Part shown: in pieces, positions 39,144-48,365 of the stretch
How the letters are laid out: each line of letters starts with the position of its first letter
Position numbering within the stretch: position 1 is the stretch's first letter
Virus record (IMG/VR): IMGVR_UViG_3300044645_001661
Strand: one strand, 5' to 3'
Source of the DNA: a virus
Taxonomy: Duplodnaviria; Caudoviricetes
Length of the DNA: 64,000 nucleotides
Notes under the pieces: model-generated
Told to the model about the DNA's origin: nothing
The model's database searches: none
Seen by the model: the letters and a program-made list of their open reading frames with translations, nothing else
Made by a program: the position numbers and the translations under genes

Positions 39144-39453
39144 TATTGATGGTACAATTTGTGAAAATGGAGCATGTAAAGTGTGTGCATATGAAGGAAG
39201 TATGCCTCATTTAGAACGAATTGAAAAAATTAATCAACTTTATGAAGATGGGCATACAATAAAATATTTTACCGCTAGGGGAATGGGTAGATACAATGAT
39301 GATGCTCAAAAGGCGAGGGATAAATTTTATAATTTAACTAAAATGCAATTAGAATTATGGGGATGTAAATACCATGAATTGATAATGGGTAAACCATCAG
39401 CAGACTACTATATAGATGATAAAGCAATAAAAGACAATGATTTCTTCAATTGA
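39124..39453 (+). CDS. HAD-family phosphatase
   Basis: DIDGT, TARG, MGKP.ADYYIDDKA. Confidence 0.85.
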   Translation: MAIYCIDIDGTICENGACKVCAYEGSMPHLERIEKINQLYEDGHTIKYFTARGMGRYNDDAQKARDKFYNLTKMQLELWGCKYHELIMGKPSADYYIDDKAIKDNDFFN

Positions 39454-39790
39454 ATTTGTTCCTAAAGGATGGGGATTTGAAAAGTGGATCGTTAATAATG
39501 AACAATATTGTGGTAAACTTCTTTATTTTGTAAAGGGTAGAAAATGTTCTTGGCATTATCATAAGATAAAAGACGAAACATTTTATGTTCAATCTGGATT
39601 GTTAATACTTCATTATGGGTATGATGATGATATTAATCTAGCACAAAAAAGAACACTTAAAAAAGGAGAAAAATTTCACGTCCCAGTTGGACTTAGACAT
39701 AGAATGTATGCCCTAGAAGATACTGAATTATTTGAATTTTCTACTCAACATTTTGAAGAAGATAGTATTAGAATTATTAAGGGGGACTAA
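39437..39790 (+). CDS. Cupin-fold sugar isomerase-like protein
   Basis: KGWG.E.WI, SWHYHKIKDETF, HRM..E. Confidence 0.75.
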   Translation: MISSIEFVPKGWGFEKWIVNNEQYCGKLLYFVKGRKCSWHYHKIKDETFYVQSGLLILHYGYDDDINLAQKRTLKKGEKFHVPVGLRHRMYALEDTELFEFSTQHFEEDSIRIIKGD

Positions 39791-40374
39791 TGGAACTGCA
39801 AGACTTGATTGTAGAATATCCTAATTTTATATCTGATGAATGTGCGGATAAAATACGTTCCTGGTTTTTAGAAAATGAACATCTTCATATAGATGGATCT
39901 GTGTCTGGATATGGAGAGTCTGGGTATCAAAATTATGTTAGATTGGATGTTAAAAAGGCAAAACAATCTAATCCACCACCAGATCACGAAATATCACATT
40001 TAATGACACAAATTATTTGTGATGTATATACTAATTACAGTAACATAAGACCTTCAGTAACAATGGATTATGTTTGCATTAAAGACTATTCTGTAAGAGT
40101 CTATGAAAAAAATAATGGGTATTTTGATTGTCATATTGATCAAGGTCCTGGTGGTAATGTAACTAGAACGTTTGCGGTAATAATATATTTAAATGATGTG
40201 GTGGAAGGTGGGGAGACAGAATTTCCACATTATGATATAAAAGTTAAACCAGAAAAAGGTAAAGTTTTAATATTTCCTTGTAACTATTTGTTTCCTCATA
40301 GTGGAAACACTCCAATATCTGGAGAAAAATATATTGCCACTGCTTTTATTAACTACAAAGAATTTTCATGTTAG
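39790..40374 (+). CDS. 2OG-Fe(II) oxygenase (prolyl-4-hydroxylase-like)
   Basis: FDCHID, AVIIYLNDVVEGGETEF, FPH.G, K. Confidence 0.85.
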   Translation: MELQDLIVEYPNFISDECADKIRSWFLENEHLHIDGSVSGYGESGYQNYVRLDVKKAKQSNPPPDHEISHLMTQIICDVYTNYSNIRPSVTMDYVCIKDYSVRVYEKNNGYFDCHIDQGPGGNVTRTFAVIIYLNDVVEGGETEFPHYDIKVKPEKGKVLIFPCNYLFPHSGNTPISGEKYIATAFINYKEFSC

Positions 40375-40982
40375 AATATAATATAACTAAACCTTTTGGT
40401 CCTATCATTTTTGAATGTTTTTGCCCACAAAATGTGGTGGATAATTTTAATAATTTCATTGATAATATGGATCAAGAAACAAAAGAACTATGTTCCTCTA
40501 AGCATAGTAAAGTTCAAGGATTTCCTGATCTATTATCAAGAGGATTTGAGATTGTATATTTGACAAGTGATCAATTAGATACTATTGGATTTTCATCTTT
40601 TATTGCTAATGCTTCTGAAGAATATATGAAAGTTCATGGTGTGAATAGTGCGGATATATATTTTAACAATTCACATTTTTCAGAGTTATTTGTTGATGTT
40701 TGGGTTAATAGATATTTTCAAAATGACTATACACCACCACATGATCATGCTGGACATATATCTGGAATAACGATATTGGATTTACCAGAAGATTCGGATT
40801 GGTATGATTTACATAATTTGGAATTTATTTGGAATAATGAGCATCATAGACCTGAGCAGAAAATAGGAAAAACTTTTTTGTTTCCCAGTAACCTTATGCA
40901 TTGGGTTACTAAACAAAAAAGTCTTTTAGAAAGAAGGACTATTAGTTTTAATTTACTTGTAAATACTCAGCAACAGACTTGA
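40368..40982 (+). CDS. 2OG-Fe(II) oxygenase-like protein (TIGR02466-like)
   Basis: WVN..YTPPHDH.GHISG, LFPSNLMHWV, RRTISFN. Confidence 0.75.
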   Translation: MLEYNITKPFGPIIFECFCPQNVVDNFNNFIDNMDQETKELCSSKHSKVQGFPDLLSRGFEIVYLTSDQLDTIGFSSFIANASEEYMKVHGVNSADIYFNNSHFSELFVDVWVNRYFQNDYTPPHDHAGHISGITILDLPEDSDWYDLHNLEFIWNNEHHRPEQKIGKTFLFPSNLMHWVTKQKSLLERRTISFNLLVNTQQQT

Positions 40983-41742
40983 AGTTATAATTTTTTAACC
41001 AACTCATATCTGCACAAGTATAAGTTTGATATTTACCAACTAAATGATCTGGGAAGGGAATGGTATTAATTTTACCATTCTCTTTTTTTGCAACTAATTC
41101 TGCAACCTCTTGGAATGAAATTGGATTTCCTGTGCCAATGTCATAAATTCCACTTGGTGCATCATTGTTTAAAACAATATCAACAATATCATCAACACAA
41201 ACAAAGTCACGAAGAAATTTGTCTGATCCTTCAAATAAATTAAGTTCTCCAGTTTCTCTAATTTCTTTGGTGAATTTACTAACTGGACTTGCTTGATTTC
41301 CTTTATGATCTTCTCCATCACCGTACACATTAAAATAACGGAATCCCTGAATCAATTGGAATTGGTCTAAGTTATCTAATACACAATAATCAATTTGAAG
41401 TTTTGAAATTGCGTATTGATTTAATGGATTAATCTGCCCATTAGTGTTTCCGTATACTGATGCTGAAGATGCATATTTTACTGGAATTTTATATTCGATT
41501 GCTTTATTAAATAAGGCACAAGAAAATGCTACATTATAATGCCATAATTTTTGTAGATTTTTTTCTGTGGTCGATGATATTGCACCTTGATGTATGATAA
41601 GACTTACTTTGTCCCAATCTTCAAATTCTCTTAATAATCTCCAAGAATCTTCTTGATCTATTAATAGTATGTCTTCATTTGTACTGATTTTATTTACAAA
41701 ATGTTGACCAATAAAACCAGATGATCCTGTAAGTATAATCAT
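40948..41742 (-). CDS. hldD: ADP-L-glycero-D-manno-heptose 6-epimerase-like SDR
   Basis: TGSSGFIG, HQGAISSTT, YASSASVYG, YAISK, RYFNVYG.GE.HKG.QASP, RDFV. Confidence 0.85.
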   Translation of the reverse strand: MIILTGSSGFIGQHFVNKISTNEDILLIDQEDSWRLLREFEDWDKVSLIIHQGAISSTTEKNLQKLWHYNVAFSCALFNKAIEYKIPVKYASSASVYGNTNGQINPLNQYAISKLQIDYCVLDNLDQFQLIQGFRYFNVYGDGEDHKGNQASPVSKFTKEIRETGELNLFEGSDKFLRDFVCVDDIVDIVLNNDAPSGIYDIGTGNPISFQEVAELVAKKENGKINTIPFPDHLVGKYQTYTCADMSWLKNYNFKSVAEYLQVN

Positions 41743-41793
41743 AATTCTCCTATTATAATAAATAATAACATAAAAAAGACTAAAAGTATATCA

Positions 41794-42450
41794 ATGTCCT
41801 TTGGATCTCTAGCCTCATATTCTACAATAAATAACTTCCCACAAATATTATATACTTCGCCATCTTCAAATTTTTCTGAAGGTAGTGTATATGTGGTTAA
41901 TATGAATTCTTTCCCCGTTAAAATTAGAGTTGCGGTTTTGGGGAGCAATGATATAAGTGATTTACTAATTTCAGATTACATTATATATAACCATACAATT
42001 CCAACTGGAGAAAAATTTGTCTCCGATAAAATATTTTTAAAAGATGGTGAGTCTGTAGTTGTTAGAGCAGATTTGCCTAATGTTAAATTTACTTTCCGTG
42101 GTAGCGAAGTTGGGTTATCAACTTCAACTTGTGGAATTTTATCTGCCTTTAGTCCAGTAACTAATGTTAAAATTGGTGCTGGACAAACGGTATTCAATAT
42201 TCCAGTATCTATACTTGAAACAGATGCTAATTTATACATAACTAACACCTCACCAGATTATGTTGAGGTTAGTGTTGGTATTGGTACAACCATTGGCTCA
42301 AACCATTATTTGGTATATAATGAGAGAGTTGATCCTGGAAATTATTTTTGTCAGAACGACATTAAATTGGGTGCTGGAGAAATTATTTTTGCGAAGGCTA
42401 CATCAACAGATATAAATATAGTCGCTTTAGGAAAAACTACAAACAGATAA
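41794..42450 (+). CDS. Hypothetical protein with duplicated beta-sandwich halves, possibly structural
   Basis: Two similar halves (Y..YN..I/V..G...L..GE.V/I..A). Confidence 0.5.
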   Translation: MSFGSLASYSTINNFPQILYTSPSSNFSEGSVYVVNMNSFPVKIRVAVLGSNDISDLLISDYIIYNHTIPTGEKFVSDKIFLKDGESVVVRADLPNVKFTFRGSEVGLSTSTCGILSAFSPVTNVKIGAGQTVFNIPVSILETDANLYITNTSPDYVEVSVGIGTTIGSNHYLVYNERVDPGNYFCQNDIKLGAGEIIFAKATSTDINIVALGKTTNR

Positions 42451-42692
42451 TGATGAAATTTACAGTTTACTCTAAGTATGGTTGTCCATATTGTACCAAA
42501 GTTGAAGAAGTTTTAAAATTGGCAAATATTGAACATAAGGTTTATAAATTAGATGATGATTTTACCCGAAATCAATTCTATGCAGAATTTGGTGAAGGTG
42601 CCACATTTCCACAAGTATTGCTAAATGATCAACAACATCTTGGTGGATGCACTGAAACAGTGAAGTATTTGAAAGAACAAAATTTAGTGTAA
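42450..42692 (+). CDS. nrdC: Glutaredoxin
   Basis: CPYC, TFPQV, GGC motifs. Confidence 0.9.
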   Translation: MMKFTVYSKYGCPYCTKVEEVLKLANIEHKVYKLDDDFTRNQFYAEFGEGATFPQVLLNDQQHLGGCTETVKYLKEQNLV

Positions 42693-43331
42693 GTCGAATA
42701 AAAAATTGTAAATATATTTTTCAGCAAATTCTTTATTATAATGTGCTTTTAAAATTCCATAAGCTGGATCTGTAGAAGACAGATGGTAATCATATCCCTT
42801 TTGATAAAGGTATGATACTTCTGTCTTTTTTGAATTTTCTATGCATTTTTTATATTGAGATATATATTGCGTAAATTGCTCTATGTATTCTTTATAAAAA
42901 CAACTATCGGAACTTTTAATCCATAATTTTTTTGAGAAGTATTTGTTTAAATCATATATTTTAGATTGTTCCTTTTTCCTATCTCCAAAATCTGATAGGT
43001 AAGAATCAATATATTTTGAATTGTATTCTGGATCTGATTTTAGTGGGTGAAAGTCTATAGTTCCAAAATATTTTTTACTTGAAGTTCCCAAATATTCAGT
43101 ACCAAGAATTGGAAACTCGTAGTTAAAGTCTGGATACAATACTAAAGACTCTGCAAAAAATTTATTTTTTATATTTAATTCACACAACCTTATCCTTCTT
43201 AATTTATCTGTCTTCCAAATGTATGAGGTTATAGTAGATTCATTTTCTGTAATGTGGTTGCTTAACCATGGGGGTAAATCTACTGATTCTAAATTATTGA
43301 ATGTGCCTAGTAAGATATCTTTTAAACTCAT
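42684..43331 (-). CDS. Ferredoxin-dependent bilin reductase family protein (PebS/PebA/PcyA fold), divergent
   Basis: LYP..PILGTE..IDFHPL, YFSK, DPAYGIL, FLFD motifs in the family order. Confidence 0.75.
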   Translation of the reverse strand: MSLKDILLGTFNNLESVDLPPWLSNHITENESTITSYIWKTDKLRRIRLCELNIKNKFFAESLVLYPDFNYEFPILGTEYLGTSSKKYFGTIDFHPLKSDPEYNSKYIDSYLSDFGDRKKEQSKIYDLNKYFSKKLWIKSSDSCFYKEYIEQFTQYISQYKKCIENSKKTEVSYLYQKGYDYHLSSTDPAYGILKAHYNKEFAEKYIYNFLFDLH

Positions 43332-43377
43332 GCACTTATAATATAAATTATTATAACAATATTTATTTGTTACTTTT

Positions 43378-44964
43378 ATGAGAATTTTATCAATTTTTGA
43401 TGGTCACGATGCGTCAGCAACTGTTTTAAATAATGGTGTTGTTGAGTATTATTTAAAAGAAGAAAGATTCTCTAAAGTAAAAAAGGATAAGAGGACTGAC
43501 AATATATTTAAAATTTGCTTAGAAAATTTTGTAGATAAGTGTGACTATTTTATTTTTAAAACTAATGATACTAATGAAGTAAAGGATAATAAAAATAAAA
43601 TAATTCAGCAAAAGAATAAAAATATAGTGATGATAAATTCAAATACTCATCATCACTTATATCATGCATCAATTGCTTTTTATAATAGTGGATTTGAAAA
43701 AAGTATAGTAATAGTAGTAGATTCTTCTGGTGCAATATTAAAAGATATGCATGAATGTGAATCTGTTTATATTTTGGAATATCCAGATAAAATAACACCA
43801 ATTTATAAAAATCATCATAGTTCTAACCCACAAAACTTAGATAAAATTATTGATGGATGTCAATACATTTGTAAATCACAGTATGGAATAGGAAATTTGT
43901 ATGATGGAGTGTCTATGATTATGGGACAAACCATTGATGATTGTGGTAAGGCAATGGGTTTGTCATCATATGGAAATAGAATTCCTGATTTTATTAATTT
44001 TTTTGATAAGGCAATTGATGAACCAATAGTAGCATTAGATAATGTGGAAGAAAAATTATTTTTCAATTTAATTGATAATGGAAAAAATGTAAAAATTACA
44101 GAAGATAATTATCAGTTTTATGCAGATTATTGTTTTGAGGTTCAAGTTCAAACGCAAGAAGCTATTTGTAAATTAGTAAAAAATTCTATTGAAAAAACTG
44201 GTATAAAAAATGTTTGTATAAGTGGTGGATATGGAATGAATATAATATCCAATCATTTATTGACTAAAAAATTTCCTGATATTGATTTTTATTTTGAACC
44301 TCTTTGTGATGATGGTGGAATATCTATAGGTGCAGCAATGTATGCATATAGAAAGATGACTAAAGATTCAAAAATAATTCCAATAGAAAATACTTTTGTT
44401 CATGGTTTTAATTATGATATATCAAAATATAAAGGAGATAAAATTGAAATAAAACAACTTGCTGAAATCCTATACGATAATAAATCTGTTGCAATATATA
44501 ATAATCTTGCTGAATCTGGGCAAAGGGCATTGGGTAATAGATCTATATTATTCAATGCGTTAAATCTTAATGCAAAAGAAATAGTTAATGGTATTAAAAA
44601 AAGAGAATGGTATAGACCTTTTGCTGCTATAGTTTTAGAAGAAGACGCGAATCAATATTTTGATATGGGAAATTTAAAATCAAATCCTTTTATGACAGTT
44701 TGCTTTCCAGTAAAAACTGATATAATTCCAGGTGTAACGCATGTAGATAAAACTTGCAGAGTCCAAACGGTTAATAGTGGACACCTAAAAGAACTTCTGC
44801 TAGAATTTAAAAAAATTAGCGGGCATGGAATTCTTTTGAATACAAGTTTTAATCTTGCTGGGGAACCATTAGTAGAAACACCTGAAGATGCATTTAAAAC
44901 TTTAAATAACTCATCCTTGGATTTTCTTTGGTTTTGTCAATCAAAACAGTTGTTTAATTCTTAA
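43378..44964 (+). CDS. O-carbamoyltransferase (NodU/CmcH family), copy 2
   Basis: GHDAS..KEERFS, HHLYHA, GKAMGL, SGGYGMN, RALGNRSIL, RPFAA, NTSFNLAGEP. Confidence 0.9.
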   Translation: MRILSIFDGHDASATVLNNGVVEYYLKEERFSKVKKDKRTDNIFKICLENFVDKCDYFIFKTNDTNEVKDNKNKIIQQKNKNIVMINSNTHHHLYHASIAFYNSGFEKSIVIVVDSSGAILKDMHECESVYILEYPDKITPIYKNHHSSNPQNLDKIIDGCQYICKSQYGIGNLYDGVSMIMGQTIDDCGKAMGLSSYGNRIPDFINFFDKAIDEPIVALDNVEEKLFFNLIDNGKNVKITEDNYQFYADYCFEVQVQTQEAICKLVKNSIEKTGIKNVCISGGYGMNIISNHLLTKKFPDIDFYFEPLCDDGGISIGAAMYAYRKMTKDSKIIPIENTFVHGFNYDISKYKGDKIEIKQLAEILYDNKSVAIYNNLAESGQRALGNRSILFNALNLNAKEIVNGIKKREWYRPFAAIVLEEDANQYFDMGNLKSNPFMTVCFPVKTDIIPGVTHVDKTCRVQTVNSGHLKELLLEFKKISGHGILLNTSFNLAGEPLVETPEDAFKTLNNSSLDFLWFCQSKQLFNS

Positions 44965-44993
44965 CATTAATATATAATTTAATTTGGGAGAAC

Positions 44994-45362
44994 ATGAACT
45001 TAATGACCACCAATCTTTTCGATGTTTATCATGATGTTGAAAAGGCTATTGATCTTGCTTTTGATGGAAAATTTGTTTTAAAATTTTATGATTATTTAAA
45101 AATTAATAGTGCAAAAAGATGTCAAGTTGAGTCTTTTATTGAAAGTAATACTGCTACTAATATCAATAGTATTATTTTAGATTTGGATGATTATCTTGAA
45201 GGTGGACAAGACGATGTGCATAAGCAACTACGTGAAGCATATGGGCATATACCCAAACCACAAGCAAGAAAGATTAGAAATTACCTTTACGGCATTTTAG
45301 AAGATGCTTGGAGATATAGTAATGATAGGAGACCAGGAAGAAGAAAAAAGCAAACTAAATAA
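44994..45362 (+). CDS. Hypothetical protein, cyanophage type
   Basis: ORF track; GGAG RBS; REAYGHIPKPQARK motif. Confidence 0.7.
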   Translation: MNLMTTNLFDVYHDVEKAIDLAFDGKFVLKFYDYLKINSAKRCQVESFIESNTATNINSIILDLDDYLEGGQDDVHKQLREAYGHIPKPQARKIRNYLYGILEDAWRYSNDRRPGRRKKQTK

Positions 45363-45534
45363 TCAAGAGCCCGATATTAATCGGGGATTTGAGTTAATGT
45401 TAAGACAGAATAATAGGAGGGAAAATTCATTAACGCCAAAAACATTTGAGATAATGTTTGGTAAAATGGTTTCTCTCTTCAAACGAGAGTTCCATATTCA
45501 GTTCCAGTTTATCTTTGATGTAAGAAAGATTTAA
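45322..45534 (+). CDS. Hypothetical protein (start 45322 preferred)
   Basis: GGAG 8 nt upstream of the ATG at 45322. Confidence 0.5.
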   Translation: MIGDQEEEKSKLNNQEPDINRGFELMLRQNNRRENSLTPKTFEIMFGKMVSLFKREFHIQFQFIFDVRKI

Positions 45535-45551
45535 CTCTCGGGAGAAAAAAA

Positions 45552-45776
45552 ATGTTAGCAGTAGCTCTTACTTTAGGAACATTAATTTCTATTATGTTCT
45601 TTTTTGTTGGTGTATTATGTGGGTGGATGGTCAAACAATATTTAATTGAAAGAAATTATACCGCGTATACACATCCCGAAATGTTTGATGAAAACGGTAA
45701 CGTAATTCCAGACGAAATTTTAGCAGTACGATTTGAAAATGACTATGACTACAACGAAGACGAAGAAGACGACTGA
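45552..45776 (+). CDS. Small membrane protein, cyanophage type
   Basis: N-terminal TM; HPEMFDENG motif; acidic tail; GGAG RBS. Confidence 0.7.
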   Translation: MLAVALTLGTLISIMFFFVGVLCGWMVKQYLIERNYTAYTHPEMFDENGNVIPDEILAVRFENDYDYNEDEEDD

Positions 45777-46323
45777 AAAGACTAATAAAATTACAATTAC
45801 AGAACTTCAACCTAATGCTTTTCAGTTTGAAATTTTAGAACTAGTATCAAAACAAAGATCAAATATTAACAAGGTTGAAGTTCTTAAAAAATATAGAAAT
45901 GATGCTTTAGTATCAATTCTAATTTGGAATTTTGATGAATCTATTATTTCACTTTTACCACAAGGTGATGTTCCATATTCTCGTGTAGAAGAGCAGTCAT
46001 CTTTTAATGATACTTTATCTGCTTCTTTATCTAAGGCAAATAAAGTTGAAGGTCTTAGTAGAGCTGATGAGTTTATTAGAGAAAGGCACACTTCTATTCG
46101 CAATGAATTTGAAAATTTTTATAATTATCTTCAAGGTGGAAATCCAGGACTTAGTTCTCTGCGTAGAGAAACTATGTTCATTCAAATGTTAGAAGGTCTT
46201 CATCCTCTTGAAGCAGAAATTATGTGTCTGGTTAAGGATAAAAGATTAACAGATAAGTATAAAATTAGTCTTGATAATATTAAGGAAGCATATCCCGATA
46301 TTGTTTGGGGAGGTCGCTCTTAA
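45733..46323 (+). CDS. Conserved T4-like hypothetical protein (DUF6433-like)
   Basis: LLPQGDVPY, RRETMFIQMLEGLHPLEAEI. Confidence 0.7.
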   Translation: MKMTMTTTKTKKTTEKTNKITITELQPNAFQFEILELVSKQRSNINKVEVLKKYRNDALVSILIWNFDESIISLLPQGDVPYSRVEEQSSFNDTLSASLSKANKVEGLSRADEFIRERHTSIRNEFENFYNYLQGGNPGLSSLRRETMFIQMLEGLHPLEAEIMCLVKDKRLTDKYKISLDNIKEAYPDIVWGGRS

Positions 46324-46580
46324 TGTGTAAAATTATTCATGAAAATTGTGATGCATCAATGGCAGAGGACAAAACTTTGCCATCTAATTCTTATCTTGTT
46401 AACTATTATAACGAAGATAATCTTAGATACGATATTGTTATTTGTAATAAAAGATCCGATATTTTCGATATGTATTGGGACAAATATAGGGAAGGACTAC
46501 AATCTATAAAATGGACTGATGGTAGAGTCAATCCAAAACTTTGGGGTATAGCACCTAAGGAGGCAAAAAAGAAAAAATGA
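46323..46580 (+). CDS. Hypothetical protein
   Basis: TAATG coupling to the upstream gene; GRVNPKLWG. Confidence 0.65.
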   Translation: MCKIIHENCDASMAEDKTLPSNSYLVNYYNEDNLRYDIVICNKRSDIFDMYWDKYREGLQSIKWTDGRVNPKLWGIAPKEAKKKK

Positions 46581-46783
46581 CAACAGGATTTGGTGAATCT
46601 ACAAATAAAAAAGGTAAAGCAACAGTAATAGTTGATGATGATGAAGTTAAAAAATTAATAAAAGAATATAAAAAAATAAAGAAATATATGAAGTCTTCAT
46701 TATATAAAATTATGACACTTGATGGAACTGAAAAAAAAGTGTCTAATTTATTAGAAGAATATGGTGAAGATGATATTGCCTGA
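46577..46783 (+). CDS. Hypothetical protein
   Basis: ATGA coupling. Confidence 0.6.
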   Translation: MTTGFGESTNKKGKATVIVDDDEVKKLIKEYKKIKKYMKSSLYKIMTLDGTEKKVSNLLEEYGEDDIA

Positions 46784-47501
46784 GTGGAAAGAAAAAATAT
46801 TTAATTTAGATTGGAAAAAATATAATGATACTTTGTATAACTCAGTATCATTTAATTATTTTCCTAAAGAACAATTAGATATTGATCTTATTGGTGAAAC
46901 TGATGTTTTTTATAAATCTGATGTTTTTAAGATAGTATATGTTCCAATATATAAAAATGCATCTACATCAATAAAAAATTCTTTAAATTTTGAACCAGTT
47001 TATATTAAACCAAAAAAAGAAAAAGTATTTGATATTGATATACCAGAACAATATAGAGATTATAAATTTTTTACAATTATTAGAGATCCAAAAAGCAGAT
47101 GGATTTCTGGGATTAATGAATTTATAAACATATATCAAGATCTCGGTGTAGATTTTGATGGAGATATAAAAGGATCAAGAAAAAAATTTTTACTTGAATT
47201 AAAGAATAATAAGTTTATATTTGATGGTCATACTAGACCGCAGTTATCAAGTATAGATTTTTGTTTTAAATATGATATTGATCTGACACTCATTAAAATG
47301 GATGAAAGATTGGAAGAAAAAATATCAACATTTATCAAAGATCCTATTAAATTGAGACATGATAATCCTATAGAAAAATATAAATTTAAGTTAGAAAATT
47401 ATAATTTTTGTTATCAGATATTAAATCGATATTGTATGAAAAATACTTCTTTCTTAGATTTGTATTCACTGGATTTTTATCTTTATAATAACTCTTTTTA
47501 A
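46761..47501 (+). CDS. Sulfotransferase family protein
   Basis: YVPIYKNASTSI and FTIIRDPKSRWISG. Confidence 0.75.
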   Translation: MVKMILPEWKEKIFNLDWKKYNDTLYNSVSFNYFPKEQLDIDLIGETDVFYKSDVFKIVYVPIYKNASTSIKNSLNFEPVYIKPKKEKVFDIDIPEQYRDYKFFTIIRDPKSRWISGINEFINIYQDLGVDFDGDIKGSRKKFLLELKNNKFIFDGHTRPQLSSIDFCFKYDIDLTLIKMDERLEEKISTFIKDPIKLRHDNPIEKYKFKLENYNFCYQILNRYCMKNTSFLDLYSLDFYLYNNSF

Positions 47502-47530
47502 ACAAATCTAAATATAAAATAATCTTTTTT

Positions 47531-47866
47531 TTGTTTGGAATGGGTAAGCATTATCTCCTCAATTTATATGGTTGTTCTTTTTCTTTATTAAACGATTTAG
47601 AATTTCTAATAGACCTTTTAGAAAATGCTGCGTATGCTAGTGGGGCTACAGTATTGGAAACTGTATATAAAAAGTTTGATCCTCAAGGGGTAACTGTGTT
47701 GTGTTTATTATCAGAAAGTCATATTAGCATTCATACATGGCCAGAAGAAGGTAAGGCTGCATGTGATGTTTATACCTGCGGTTCTTCTAATCCCAAAATA
47801 GGATGTGATATTATAATTGAACAATTAAAATCTGAAAATCATACATTAAGTTATATTGAAAGATGA
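47531..47866 (+). CDS. speD: S-adenosylmethionine decarboxylase proenzyme
   Basis: GKH, PQGVT, LSESHISIHTWPE, DVYTCG. Confidence 0.92.
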   Translation: MFGMGKHYLLNLYGCSFSLLNDLEFLIDLLENAAYASGATVLETVYKKFDPQGVTVLCLLSESHISIHTWPEEGKAACDVYTCGSSNPKIGCDIIIEQLKSENHTLSYIER

Positions 47867-48348
47867 AGATTGATACGATTATTATAGATAATTTTTTAGA
47901 TAATCCCGACCTAGTAAGAAATTCTGTATTAAAAATTCCATTTAAACATTCTGGTACATTTCCTGGATTTAGGAGTGATGCTGCAGATAAAGAATATCAA
48001 AAAATGGTTGAAGTTAAATTGACACAAATATTAGGCACAAGTAATATTAAATTTAGAAAAGATAGAGATTGTTTTAGATTTCAATTATGTCTTCAAGATG
48101 CTGGCACTTGGATACATAAAGATGACACTGAATGGGCAGGAGTTTTATATTTAACACCAGATGCTGATATAAATTCTGGTACGGGAATATTTGACGAGAA
48201 TCAAAATTTAGTTACTGTAATAGGTAATGTTTATAATAGATTGGTATTGTATAGAGGAGATTTATTTCATAGAAGTTTGATTTCTGGATTTGGTGATGAT
48301 GTAGATACTGGAAGACTCACCCAAGTATTCTTTTTTGATTTGTATTAA
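47863..48348 (+). CDS. 2OG-Fe(II) oxygenase-like protein (DUF6445-like)
   Basis: IIDNFLDNPD, FPGFRS, WIHKD..WAGVLYLTP, YNRLVLY..FH..RLTQVFF. Confidence 0.75.
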   Translation: MKIDTIIIDNFLDNPDLVRNSVLKIPFKHSGTFPGFRSDAADKEYQKMVEVKLTQILGTSNIKFRKDRDCFRFQLCLQDAGTWIHKDDTEWAGVLYLTPDADINSGTGIFDENQNLVTVIGNVYNRLVLYRGDLFHRSLISGFGDDVDTGRLTQVFFFDLY

Positions 48349-48365
48349 ATTACTCTATTATATAA

